From contig JBHGNT010000001.1 in the NCBI GenBank assembly GCA_043228905.1, forward strand, positions 15,686,001-15,750,000: DNA of 64,000 bases, written 5' to 3'. Position numbers and translations under genes: made by a program. Below, in pieces: positions 26,601 through 39,400 of this stretch (the stretch's first letter is position 1; each line of letters opens with the position of its first letter). The DNA is from Azolla caroliniana (lineage: Eukaryota > Plantae > Polypodiophyta). Below the pieces are notes generated by a model. It saw only the letters and a program-made list of their open reading frames with translations. It did not search any database and was not told the origin of the DNA.

Positions 26601-29287
26601 CTGGTACCAAGACGCGGACTCGTCAAACACAACGTCGCGGCTGACACACGCTTGTTTGGTGCGAGGGTTATAGCACTTATAACCCTTCAGCTCGTCTGAG
26701 TAACTGACCAAGATGCACTTCTCGGCCTTTGTGTCCAGCTTCCTCGTTTTCTCCTTCGGTACATGCACATACGCAATGCTACCGAACACCCTCATGTGTC
26801 GCAAGTTCGGCTTCGTTCTGAAATATAGCTCGTGCGCCGACACTTTGTCTCCGATCCGGTTTTGGATGTATACCGTGGTCCTTACCGCCTCGGCCCAGTA
26901 GAACTTGGGCAAGCTCTTCTCCTCCACAATCGACCGATTCTTTCTCTCGGCCACGCCGTTTTGCTCCGGCGTGTATCTACAACTGAATTCGCGGCGAATT
27001 CCCATTTGTTGTAGGTAACCATTGAATTGACCGGAAAAGTACTCTTTCCCGCCATCTGACCGCAGGCACTTGATCTTTCATCCCGTTTCGGTTTCCACGA
27101 ACCCTTTGAGGTCCCGAAAACAGTCGAAGACTTCGCTCTTCCTCTCAATGAGGTAGATCCACGTGTGCCGCGTGTGGTCGTCGATGAAGGAGACGAAATA
27201 TCGGATCCCGCCAAGACTAACGTTTTGTGCCGGCCCCCACACATCAGAGTGTATAAGGTCGAGCTTGTTCCGGCTCTGGTTCCGCTCGTTGGGGAAAGGA
27301 AGTCGGTGTTGCTTCCCGAGTTGGCAGGCTTCACAAATTTGTGCCTTTCGGCCACTAAATTTGGGCAATCCGAACACTACCTATTTCGATTGCAGATCTT
27401 GAAGCCGCTAGTAGTTGACGTGGCCTATCCGCTTGTGCCACAAGTCGATGTCCGACTCGAACTTTTGTCCCTTCGCGAACATTGCGGTGCCGACGTCAGT
27501 GGAGTCGAGGATGAACATCCTCCCGTCTCTGCGCCCTTGCGCAATCACACGGCCTTCTTCCTCAATGAAGCACCCGAGGTGTGTAAACCGAACCTCCATC
27601 CCTTGGTCAACGATCTGTCCAACCGAGACCAAGTTCTTCGTGATTGCCGGAACGTGCAGCACGTTCATGAGTTTCCCTTTCTGCCCAAGATGGCTAAGGG
27701 GAACTTCTCCGACATTCGCGATCGGATGCGGAGTGTCATCTCCAGTTGCGACTACTCCAGGTTGCATCGGTTTTTCAAGGTATAAGAACCACTCCTTATG
27801 GCTTGTCATGTGGTTTGACGCGCCGGAGTCTACGTACCACACCTCGTCCGATCTCGGGGTGCTCTATTTCATTGAGTTCGCTTCGTGTCTCGTCACGAAG
27901 ACAGACCCTTCTCCGGCTCTCCCGGAGTCTTTGGCGTAGTGCGATCGCTGCCGATTTCCCTTGTCGGTATGTCCGGAGCCGTTTCCGGAACCGGTTCTCT
28001 CCGAGTCGGCGCGCTCCTTCCAGCACTCACTTTCCCTGTGGCCTTTCTTGCCACAGTACTAGCACTCCGCGATGGCCTTCCCTTGCCGGTTCTCATCCCT
28101 TCGACTCCCCCTGTTTCCGGAGGGTCCGGAGTTGCTGTCGGCATCACTTCGGTGCCTTCTTCCCTGATCTCGTCGGCCGCCTCCATTGCGCGCCAACTCG
28201 CCTATCTCCCTCCGTGTACAGCATTCTGTTGTCGGTGTGCGTGCTTGTAGACGCACCCGCGTGGTTCTCCTCTACTAGGAGCATCGATTGTAAGTCGAAA
28301 AAGGACGGCGTATTCTCCCGGGTACACAAAGCCGTTCGGAACACTCCGAACTTCGACGCCAAACCTCCGAGACATATCTGGACCATCTCGCTCTCCTCGA
28401 TGTTCACCTCTATGGAGGCGAGGGAGTCGCAGATATCCTTGATCTTTGAGGTATAGTCCGCCACCGACAAGTCGCGTTGTCGTAGGTTGCTCAACTCATG
28501 TCAGAGCTGAAGCTTCCTGGCTGTGGTGCTCGCGGCGAAAATCTTCTTCAGATTTTCCCATGCACCCTTCGGCGTCTTTGCATCCCGAACATAGCTCAAT
28601 ATTTGTTCGCCCACACACGACGCAAAGCAGTATAATACCCTGCTCGCCGATTGCTCCCACGACGGGAAGTCTTTGTGTGTCGATTCGGGTTCCGCGTCAT
28701 TAGCTCCTTCGACGTAACTCCAGTAGCCGTGCCCGAGTAGGTACTGGTGCATCTTGTAGGACCAAGACGCGTAGTTGGTTCTGTCGAGCTTCTCTGTTGG
28801 AAGCGAGCTTGCCATGCCTCTATCCATCGTTCTTCTTGTTCTTCTTCGTCAAGCTGTGTTGGCTGCAGAGAAGTTCTCAACCCTCGCGCTCTGATACCAT
28901 GTAGAAAGTAGCGTGCGGAAGCAAGTATGAAGACTGAACAGAAGGGAGGAAACTCAGGTTCAATGGAGAGCTTGGGCTTACACGGTATACGCAGGAGAGA
29001 CAGAGAGAGAGAAAAACAAAAAACTATATTCAACAATAATACTCAGTCTGTACATAAGACGTGCTCACTGAACACTTTTATACAAGCCCTAGAAGGACTG
29101 ACCGAAGTACTGACAGTACTTCAATGCTCATCAAGAGTTCCTACACTAACTCCCAAATATATTCCTCACGGAATATCTTTCCTAACGACCTCCCGGTTTA
29201 CGCACTCAGCCTAACCGATCGGTCCCAACCGATCCGGTCCTCGGCTTCTTCAGCCGAACCGGCCGATGTTGAGCTTGTCTCTCAACA
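23655..29287 (-). mobile_element. near-complete Ty1/copia retrotransposon
   Basis: 388-bp LTRs 23655-24042 and 28900-29287 (about a dozen substitutions by eye); TSD GTTCG; PBS TGGTATCAGAGC 28888-28899; PPT AGGGGGAG 24043-24050. Confidence 0.97.
24037..28827 (-). pseudogene. copia gag-PR-INT-RT-RNase H polyprotein broken by several stops and frameshifts
   Basis: KLDRTNYASW; WYVDSGASNHMT; IHSDVWGP; [10 protein letters not shown]; QMDVKNAFL; LYVDDL; YTDADWAG; QTADIFTK. Confidence 0.96.
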
Positions 29288-30759
29288 GTTCGGTTTGCAT
29301 GTCCAACGGCTATCGATCCACGCCATTCGCCATACACCGTACCACCGTTGTCTCTGTCTGTAGGCTCATCCAATTTGACAATCCTTTGCAACTTCGCGCC
29401 TCCTTCCTCTGTTGAAATTCACAGATCATGTCATTCTCGTTCACTGCAAGTATTCTTAGGATGCCTCCTTTCCCGCACTTACACATATTCACTTCTTTTA
29501 AATGTTCGAATGCAATATAAATTTCTACATGATTTCCTTTGATGACAATATAGCAAGAACGACAAAACTTATGGCAGAGGGAATTGACATCAAAGTGGGA
29601 TGGGCACCCATCTTTCACAGGATACTCCACAGTTCGTCCTGTCCGCAGAAGCAATCGCTATAGCTTCCCCTTAGCAAGGGGACGGACTGTCTCCCGAAGT
29701 AGACAAATAGGGTTAAGGAGACGATGTGAATAGATACAATAAGAAGAAATGATGAAGTCCTATTGAACTGATAACATTATCCCTTATGTAGATAAATAGT
29801 GCAGAAAACATCGTCGAGATAGATATGGAGAATATACTAGTAGAATGAAAACGTTGCACTCTCAAACAAGGAAGGAGGAGAAACAACGAAAATAGGTAAG
29901 AAGAACAAAACAAATTCTAGATGATTGGGGCCTAGAAAACAATAATATGGAGAGCTAGTGAGAGAGGAACAAAAGGCAAGCTTGATGATCACAGGCTATG
30001 GAGGCTCTTAAAGAAAGAAGGAGATGGAAAAGATGAAGAAGAAAAACTGAGGGTAGACTGCTAGATAATTAGAGAGGCTAAGGTCTACTATGGCTATGGG
30101 AGTAGATGAAACAATATTAAGATCACCATAGCAGGCTGGCTCTTCACACAAAGAGTCCAAGCACAACCCATCCTTGCTATAACAGAGAGAGTTATACAGA
30201 GATACCGAGAGCGAGAGAAAGATTATTGATGGAGAGGGAAAGTGAGGAATAGACTTCCTCTCAAAGGAGGGTCGGCCTTTCAAGCGTGCCAAAAGTGTTG
30301 TTGGGGTGGGGGGTGAAGCCTAGAATGGCTTCACCCCCTCCCAAGGGGGTTACGATAGAGAGAGAGAAGGAGAGAGTGAAATTAAGAATGACACCAAAAT
30401 AAGAGGGAAAAAGTTATTCATTACATACCCCATAGGGGGTTTATATAATACATCCAATGTAACGGTTACATGACCATTATAAATAAGATCGTTACACATT
30501 CTTGTACACATGCACATAATTGTGCATGTGTCCATACACATACTCATCCTCACACACTCATTTACTTTACACATACACATCAACCACATCATTACACATA
30601 CCCTTATGCTTCCCCGTATATTCTTACGGGTAAGATAATCTACTAAGATATACATAACATGACAATATATTTGGACCTGTTGGTTAGAACATAACACTTG
30701 ACTATATATAAGAGGTCAAGAGTTCAAATCTTGACATGACTTTTGTCATGTCTGTGACA

Positions 30760-31579
30760 GGGGAAAAAGCTTGCAAGTAACCGCCAAAGTCGCAAGACCG
30801 TGCATTACGTGGGGATCGTGCAAGTAGAAGATCGAAGGGACATACGGCAAATCATCCCTGTCTCCATCAAGGGGTTTCACATCAAAGATGTCTTGGTTGA
30901 TAGTGGTGCTAGGGTAAGCTTGATTTCTGAATTTGTAGTAAACAAAGTGGGAATTCCTATTAGTAGGTCATCTTTAACAAGGGTGGTTTTAGCTAATGGT
31001 GGAGTGGCACATTGTATTAGCATAGTGGTGGATGTGGTTATCAAGTGTTTCAGAATAAGAGGAGAAGATGACATCAAACACTACATCAAGTTGAAGGAAA
31101 GTATACCAATTTCCCCAAAACTTAGGCAATTGGGTGTTATACACAAGGAAGATCTTATGCAAAAGTTCAAAACATTGTTGCAAGGAAGTTTCAATTATAA
31201 GATGGAGGATTTGAAGTGTGTGTCAGCCATGGTTTTGGTTCCAAAGAAGAAAGAGATCGATTTCAAACCCTTGAATGATTCGACTAAACGAGATCAATTT
31301 TCACTTCCGTTCCGAGATGAGATTGTAGATCAAATGGTCATTTATACAAAACAAGGTAGTGTGGAGAATGTGGTGTGCCAAGAAGGAATTCATGTGGATG
31401 AATCAAATATCAACGTAATTCAAAAGATGACAATTCCAACAAGTCCCGAAGCTTTGAAGGTATTTGTGCAGAAGGTTCACTCGCTTAAAAGGTTTATTCA
31501 TATGTTGACATGCTTACTTCTATCAAGAGTTATGTATTGCATGGACCTACTTGTGTTTGGAGGGTTGACAAAGACATAA
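30760..31579 (+). pseudogene. heavily deleted gypsy protease/RT remnant
   Basis: VLVDSGARVSLI; VLVPKKK..IDFKPLN..TKRDQFSLP; EGIHVD. Confidence 0.75.
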
Positions 31580-32726
31580 TAATTGTGGTAACCCCATTGT
31601 GTTGACAAGGAGAAAGATGGTGATGGCAATTGTCAATGTGTGTGTGGGTGTGTTTTTAAAAGCGTGAGATTTTTTCCTATTGCGTAACGAGGGTTTTTTC
31701 TCACATAATAATTTGTTATATTTTTAGTGTTTATACTCCTTTGTCTATAGCCTACCATAAGGTGAAAGAGATTTTTTTTCTTTTTTCTTTTAGGCTCACC
31801 ATAAATGTTCCACTCAACAAGCAAGGGGGAGAGCTAAATGTGAAAGTGTTTTTAGAATTCAAGTCATTGAACATTAGAAGAATATAAGCTATGGAACATT
31901 CACATCTAGAGGCTAAGAACATGAACCAAGACCTTAAGAAGAAGTCAAAAGTAAAAGTACGAGACATAGAGAAAAGTAAAAAGAGAAAAAGGGAGCCACC
32001 CAAAAACAATCAAAAAGGAATGGTCATAACTCTTTTGTTTGTCACCTAAATATCATGTTTAAATATGGGTTAGAAAGCTCGTAAAGAGAGTTTTCTATAA
32101 CTTTTTAAATCTCTAAATTTAGAGCTCGAATGAAGGAGATATGACGATCAGAAGATCGATGTGTCTTAGCTAAAAATAGGAGATAAAAAGCTTCTAAAAA
32201 ACACATGAACGAGGAAGAAGAAGAAGAAGATTATAAAAGGGGAAGTGATGTCTTTGTAGGAGGGGGAGAGGAGGAGAGGTCTTAGTAGTGGGAAGACGGA
32301 AGCATAGTCGAAGGAAGAAAGTGATTAAGGTAGAATAGTGAAAGACATTTGTAGGTTTGAATGATTGGAAGTACAACGTTCTTTGGTTTTTTAGTTCAAT
32401 TTAGAGTTTATCCCCCTTCTATTGACTTGATGGTGGAATATTGCAACATTCTTATCTCTTTCTCATCTTCTCTACCTTTTGTCTTAATTTCTTGAGATTC
32501 CCTCTCTAATTTGTAGTTATCTTGATCTATAAAAACTATTATAATTCACAACTCCATCTAATCGGTTTGATCAAGCCCTCATATTGTGTACGACTATCAT
32601 TTGTCTTATACACCCTATTAGTATTTTAACCAACTCTTTGTAACGTAGTTATTGCTGGATGTAATTCATCTTTTTACTAATACAATTTCTTGTTCAAGCT
32701 CTCTCTTTCTCTCTCTCTCTCTCTAG

Positions 32727-34260
32727 ATGGGAAAGGAAGCACATATATGGATAAGTGATATGTTTAATGATGCATTGCAACATGGTATGCCGTACAATTG
32801 GACTACAAATTGGATCAAACCTTTACATAAAGGTGGAGATATAAATCATGTAAACAACTATCGAACCATCGTGGTTGGCTCATTAATGGCAAAACTATTT
32901 GGATGTATAATGGAATCAAAGATAAGTGTATGGGCTGAAAAAAGTGGTAAGAGAGCTTATGGACAAGCTGACTTTCGGAAACACCATAGCACCATTGATC
33001 ACCTTATCACCCTTCGAGTATTAATGGAGGAAAGTCGTCTTAGAGGTAAAGGTTTATATTGTTGCTTTGTAGACTTCAAGAAAGCTTTTGATATGGTACC
33101 TCGCGAGCATCTTTGGAGGCGAATGGAAGAACTTGAGGTGCCAAGTGAATATATGTTTGCAATTTCCCGAATTTATGAGAAGGTTATATGTTGTGTGCGC
33201 ATGAGAGATAAACTTTCAGATTTTTTCAAAAGCACTATTGGTGTTAAGCAAGGATGCCCACTCTCACCAACACTATTTGGTCTATGCATTGATTAATTAG
33301 AAGAAATGGTTACCAAGTTTGCAAAGGAAGAATGTGTTGAAGAAGTTGCCATTGGGAATGTTGTGATTATGCTTTTGCTATATGCAGACGATGTAGTGCT
33401 TTTTGCAAATACTTTAGGAGATGCACAAAAGCTTATGAAGGCATTGGAAAAAATTTGCATGCATACTAAATTAAGTGTCAATATCTCTAAAACAAAGATT
33501 ATGTTTGTGAAGAGCCAAAAAAGAGATAAACCATGCATTATGTACAACAATGAGCCACTTGAATGTGTGGAAAGCTTCAAATATCTTGGCCTTGAAGTTC
33601 CTTCAAATCATAGATGGAATGAATGTGCTACACGCCGCTTAGAGGTGGGTAAGCGAGCATACTATGCATTTGAGAACACATGCAATCTTGAACATATTAA
33701 GTGTTGGGTCCTCAAGAAATATCTTTTCGACACTTTGGTGACACCGGTTCTTCTCTATGGGGTGGAAGTATGGGGCGGTAGCATCCTTAAATCGATGTGG
33801 AAAGAGTTTGAAAATGTCCAAAAGCATTTTCTTACCAAGTTTCTACAAGTTAAGAAACAAACACCCTACACCCTCCTCCTTGAGACGGGATCGCTTCCCA
33901 TTGAGATCATGGCCATGGAAAGGGTTGTTGAATACATGCTTAAGGTTCAAAAAAGTCCCTCACATCGACTTCCTAGAATTGCGTGGGAAGCAAGCAAAAA
34001 GATCCAAAAGACGCATAAAAGCAAAATTTTGTGTTCCGGTTGGATGCAAGATATAGAAAAATGGTTTGGTAGATGGGATGCGAGACACTTGCTTCATGAT
34101 GTATCATTAGATTCCTCTGTAAATGAGGCATTTTTGCAACGCCAATGTATCATGACATGGGACAAATGTGGAGGCTCACGCTTCACACATTATACTACAC
34201 GTTGCACCTAACTACAAAACCATATTCTTTGCGGAACGGGGAAATCGTACACATTCATAT
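32727..34260 (+). mobile_element. RTE-X-like LINE copy 1, 5'-truncated (RT); 3' end continues at 40417-40830
   Basis: FVDFKKAFD, GVKQGCPLSPTLF, LLYADD; near-identical to 42406-43941; begins immediately after (CT)n at ~32699-32724. Confidence 0.92.
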
Positions 34261-34817
34261 TGTTGTCCGCCGGAATAGTAACCGACGGACAAAAGCATAG
34301 GAATAAGAAATAATATAAGAGCATAACGCATGTAACGGTTCACGCAGGAAGCGTGAACGGCTAAATAGACCATGCGTATATAAAGGGCAGAAAACCTCTG
34401 ATAGAGGGTGCGTGTAATTTTGGGAATGTAAAGAAACGTCTCATAATAGAATCCTATCTTCTCTGATTTTCTGTGTATAGCTATGACTAATTTATTGTGC
34501 GTGTCTTGAATACCTAAGCGTTCAAGTACGTAAGTGTAACCCTTGGCAGGGATTCGGTTGTAGCTGTTCCCCTTATACGCTGATAGGTTACAGGGAACCT
34601 TCCCTTACGCATTATGCTTAGACGCCTATTCGTTGTTCCACAGCCACTTGGAGGTCTAGGTCGAAGGACTAACCGTGGACTGTGTTCCTAATCGGCAACA
34701 CTTTTCCGGAATGGAGAAACAGTACAGAAAGATGACGACAATTTTCCGGACGCTGACATCCTACGAGTAGCGGCACTAGTAGAAAGAACGGAATCGACCT
34801 TTCCAGACCGGTGGCTT

Positions 34818-36122
34818 ATGGAAATGACGTACTTTCTAACTACGGGACTGCCTCCACCACAACTACGCACGGACGAGAAGAAACGACTAGCCATCCGAAG
34901 CCGTCACTTCTGCCTCGTCGAAGGCGTTTTATATCACAAAGGAAGTGACGGCATTTGGCAACGTGGGGTACGTCAGGATGAGAAGGAAGCAGTTTTACGG
35001 GAGGCACACTGCGGCACGGCAGGCGGCCATTACGCGGGCGACGTGACAGCCCGGAAAGTATGGCAGGCGGGCTTATGGTGGCCAACAACGCAGAAGGACG
35101 CATCCGAGTATTGTAGAAAGTGTGATTTGTGTCAACGGATGGGACAGCTCGCGGAGGACGCAAGGATGCCACACCAGCCTGTATTACCGCTAGACCCCTT
35201 CCAAAAGTGGGGATTGGATTTTGCGGGGCCCTTCACACTAGTGGCGGCCCATATGGGCAATAAATACATATTGGTAGCCACGGATTACTACACCAAATGG
35301 GTAGAAGCACAGGCACTACGTGAAAATACGGCGGTCGTCACAACCAGATTCCTTTACGAGCACATCTGGTGCCGGTTCGGCTATCCGATTGAGCTCATCA
35401 GTGACCAGGGGAGTCACTTTCTCAATACGGTGGTTCGGGAACTAACACATCATTACGCCGTAGTCCATAAAAAGAGCACGCCATATTATCTGCAGGCGAA
35501 TGGATTAGCAGAATCCACCAACAAGACGTTACAGACCATTTTGAAGAAAATCGTCAATGAAAATAGAACGGACTGGGATACCAAACTACAGAGTGCGTTA
35601 TGGGCGTACAGAACCAGCTACAAAACAAGCATACAATCAACACCGTTCCGACTAGCGTTTGGACTGGAGGCTGTGATGTCGGTCGAATTTCAGGTACCTA
35701 GTTTGCGAATTCAGGTACGGAACCGACTATCAGAAGCCAAGTCGGAGGAGGTACGACTCTACCAACTCCTCGAACTAAGGGAAAAACACGTCCACAGCAT
35801 GGTTGTGTTGGAACAGGAACAACGATGGCGTAAAGCGTTTGTGGATCGACATCGGAACGCAAGGGAAAAGGAGTTCGCCATGGGTCGAGCGGTGCTAGTT
35901 TTTCAAACGCGCATGGGCCATATGCCGGGGAAGTTACGATTCCGCTGGACCGGCCCATACTGGATAATTGGAGCGGAACAAGGCACGTTCCAACTAGGTA
36001 CGCTAGCCAGAGAAGTAGTACGGCAAAAGGTGAATGGGTTTCGGCTCAAACCTTACCTGGGCCCTACGCCACCTAACCCATTCACCGCCGAACAGGACAT
36101 AGCCGGAGAACCTGCAACGTAA
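34818..36122 (+). CDS. Ty3/gypsy integrase (uninterrupted ORF, no chromodomain)
   Basis: H..GGH..C..C zinc domain, WGLDF, ISDQGSHF, NGLAESTNK, WTGPY. Confidence 0.92.
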   Translation: MEMTYFLTTGLPPPQLRTDEKKRLAIRSRHFCLVEGVLYHKGSDGIWQRGVRQDEKEAVLREAHCGTAGGHYAGDVTARKVWQAGLWWPTTQKDASEYCRKCDLCQRMGQLAEDARMPHQPVLPLDPFQKWGLDFAGPFTLVAAHMGNKYILVATDYYTKWVEAQALRENTAVVTTRFLYEHIWCRFGYPIELISDQGSHFLNTVVRELTHHYAVVHKKSTPYYLQANGLAESTNKTLQTILKKIVNENRTDWDTKLQSALWAYRTSYKTSIQSTPFRLAFGLEAVMSVEFQVPSLRIQVRNRLSEAKSEEVRLYQLLELREKHVHSMVVLEQEQRWRKAFVDRHRNAREKEFAMGRAVLVFQTRMGHMPGKLRFRWTGPYWIIGAEQGTFQLGTLAREVVRQKVNGFRLKPYLGPTPPNPFTAEQDIAGEPAT

Positions 36123-36474
36123 AATGGACGGCCCCACTTGTACAATAATGTAAAAATAGGTTGTAAATAACCGTTATGAAAAAATAAATAAATAAATAAA
36201 TAAATAAATAAAGGGAGAAGATAGCAACTATTAAAACGACTAAAGGCATGCACAAACTCCTAGTTCAAGAACACGCGGCACCACGATGGCTCACCGCCCA
36301 ATGAACCCTAAGCCACAAAAAGAAGGAAACAGAAGATTTTCCACACAAAGCAGAAACCCATCTTCTAGCTATCAGCAATCCCATCGCTCCTCCCCCTCAC
36401 CTTCTCCCCCATCCTATCACAGAGCTCCAACCCACCGCAACCACCCGTCTCCTCCCCACGAACCTACTTTGGCG

Positions 36475-39400
36475 ATGCCGATCTTCATCTCTACTGCCCT
36501 ACGCCGATGGCTCGTGGAGAAACGCCTGGATGGGTACATCCGGGTCACAAAGGCACCTCCACACCCGGATGCCATGGACATCACCAGGAAGCTTAACATT
36601 GACACTGTCACCAACTCTTCCATCCGGAAGAAGTTGGACCTATCCTCACTAGGCAAAAGGCATTTCGAAATACCTCCTGCAGAGGCGTTGCAGCGGTATT
36701 TTGGTCCATATTCCTCCTCTGCCAAGGCCTATAGAACAAAGCAGATCCCGGATCCCTTCTTCCGTGAAGTTGCCAAGTTCCTGCTAGAAGTCGGTTGCGT
36801 ACATGTCAACGCATATGGGATGCCTAAGCAGAAGGCGGGCATCATTATCGATACCTTTGAAGGGCGTGCCATCGACTGGGGGGTCATTACAGGGCCGGCG
36901 TTAAGGGAAGGCAGGCACACATACCAGCAGGCAAAAAGCTCAGGCTGATCATACAACAATACCTTACAGTACTATTTCCACCCCGAGGCCTGCCGGCACC
37001 GCAGCCCAACCGACCCACGCCCCCGCCCCGATCCGCGAAGCGCAGGTTAGTGGATTTATCGGCCCCAGAGTGGGAAGAGGAACCCCAAGCCGCCCAGTCA
37101 GACCCAAGGACAACACCTCCGACCGACCAGGCGAACACACGGACAACGCAGGAGGAACAGTCGACACGTTCTATGGAAGCAGCCCCGGAGCCATACACTA
37201 AAACAGCGAAAGATGGGCAGGGGTTGGTCAAAAATGCCCCCACAGCGAAAGAGACACCGACCGAAGGTGATGGCTCCGCAGCTACGGAACCCAATACCAC
37301 CTTCGAAATCATCCGGGAGCCACGGCCGATCATTACGACCCAGTCCCAACGAGGGAAAGTTGTATTGACGGCAGAAAGCGAGGTTTTGGCATATCTGGAT
37401 ATCTTGGATACGGCCCACGAGTTTAGCACCCTCTTGCAGTTCGGTACTTCTTTTGAGCTCATGGAGTTCCTGGCAACGCAACAGGTAAAAGCCGCCCAAC
37501 GAATGGCCGAAGACCATGCGGAACGCCAGATGATCGAGCGCGCCCTAACACAAACGACGAAGAGCGACGATGAGGACCGGCTAGCCAGGGTCGACAGACA
37601 AAGGAACGTCGGGGTACGCTGAGTGGGGATGGAGATACCCCCATTAAACACGGCCCTAGTCGAAGTCCATCGGGAACTGGCAAAGGTCAGCACGGGCGCC
37701 AAGGAGATGGCCATAAAAAATAAGAATGTCTGGAAGAAGGTTAAACTGACCCAAGCCGAACTGCAAAAGGCCAACGCACGCATCGCGGAGTTTGCAGCTC
37801 ACGCGACTACGGCGCAACACACAACCCCGCCACCGAACCACATCATCGACGCTCTAAAAGAAGAAATAAAGGCTTAGACCGCCATCGCCTCAAAAGCGAA
37901 AAGGGTCGTGCAACTAGCGGAATCAGAAATTGACAGCCTTCGAGCAGAACTACGCCAATCCTCAGACAGAGAAAAGGAGATACGGGCTAACGGCCGAAGG
38001 CATTAAAAACCCTTGAAGAGAAACTCGCTATGGAGGTAGCTCAGCACATCCAGACAAAAGATGACAACGCCCAATTATGGGAGGACGCGAAGAAATCAGA
38101 GGCGGCAATAGCGGGACTTTGGGCCTTATTAGAAAAAACAGAAGGTATGGTTCGATGAGCAATTGGTGGTCGAACAAGACAGAAGGCATCAGCTCGAAAT
38201 CCGCCTAAATAATGAAATGGGGAAATTAGAAGAACAGCATGCAAAGGAATCCCAGTTGTGGGCAGGCCTAAAGGCCACGTATGAGGAAGCGGCAGCGGTT
38301 AAACAGCAGGAAATCGCAAATCTCCAGAAGTCAATGGAAGACGTACACAACCGTTGTCGTGCCTTTCGGCTCCGGATCGTTTGCGTGAGTCGGGTGGGAA
38401 CCACCGAGGTTTTGGACTAGGAGAAAGAAAAATACAAATAAGGCTAATAAAGAATAGGTATAAAGAGTTATAAGATAAGAATCTCGTGAATCCCACGAGT
38501 TTAGTATATTTAGTCAATATTTAGGTAGTAAGAGAGAATTATTTTAGCAAATTCGTGAATCCCACGAATATTTTAGATTGATTGATCATTATAGAAAAAT
38601 AATCAACAAAAACTACAATGTGCTCCCCATCCTTATATAGTGATGGGAGAGACTAAGCATAACTACATGCTTTTTCTAATATGTTCATGCACACTAAATG
38701 TGCATGTGATGCTTTTCTAATCCTTGCTTTTATTTGCTAAATATAGTGCTCATGCACGCTAGATGTGCATGAGTCACTTTTTAGTTGCTTGCGTTTTTCT
38801 ATAAAATATTCACGCACTCTAAAAATGCACGATTTACCTTTTAATAAAGGTAGGTGCAAATAAAGCACTTATAGTTATTAAATCTATTTGTAGAACACTA
38901 AAGATAAGGTAGCATAATGGTAAAGTTGAGGTTTGGCTACGTGGAGGTATAGGGTTTGAATCTTGCCCTATGCACGTGATAAATATTTTGATATTCTTAT
39001 TTTATTTATTTATATGTAATTAAATCATTTATATTATTTTTACTTTTTCACGTAGTGTACGAAATACACTACGACACCGTTGCCAGGCCATCACAGATAA
39101 TGTGTGTATCCTTCTCCAAACAAATCGAGAGAGGTTCACAACGCAATTGAAAACGGCGCTGGACAAAGGATGGATGGCATGGGCAACCCAAGCAGCGGAA
39201 TTGCACGTGTATCGTGCGGACTGGGAGAACCGGCGAAAAGACGGTCGAGGCTTCTATAAACTAAATGAGGAGAGCATTGCGGCCGTACGGGAGGACCTAG
39301 CGCAAGACTATCGTGCGCTAGGGGACCAACACTCCGAAGAACTCGCGCAGCTCTTAGATGATTTTGGTGAAAGCCAGGAGGAGCTATTTCACCATATCAC

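Larger units (their letters stand above)
21460..30635 (-). mobile_element. non-autonomous (LARD-like) LTR element of the PPT-less group; LTRs 21460-21761 and 30296-30635
   Basis: Near-identical direct repeats; exact TSD TAATC (21455-21459, 30636-30640); minus-strand TATATAAA; CTTTTGGCACGC after the 5' LTR; tRNA-like motif 21764-21780; no recognisable gag/pol of its own. Confidence 0.88.
21058..30759 (-). mobile_element. solo LTR (21058-21459 + 30641-30759) split by a nested insertion
   Basis: TGTCAC...GTGACA termini; exact 5-bp TSD GGGGA at 21053-21057 and 30760-30764. Confidence 0.85.

Noticed and set aside
31580-32695. Possible LTR remnant after the decayed gypsy pol
   Set aside because: AT-rich and LTR-like, but I could not identify termini, a partner copy or a TSD, so it is left unannotated.
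36887-37783. 298-aa antisense ORF and similar long antisense ORFs
   Set aside because: Shadow frames of GC-rich sense ORFs; no visible homology between the two elements' antisense frames.
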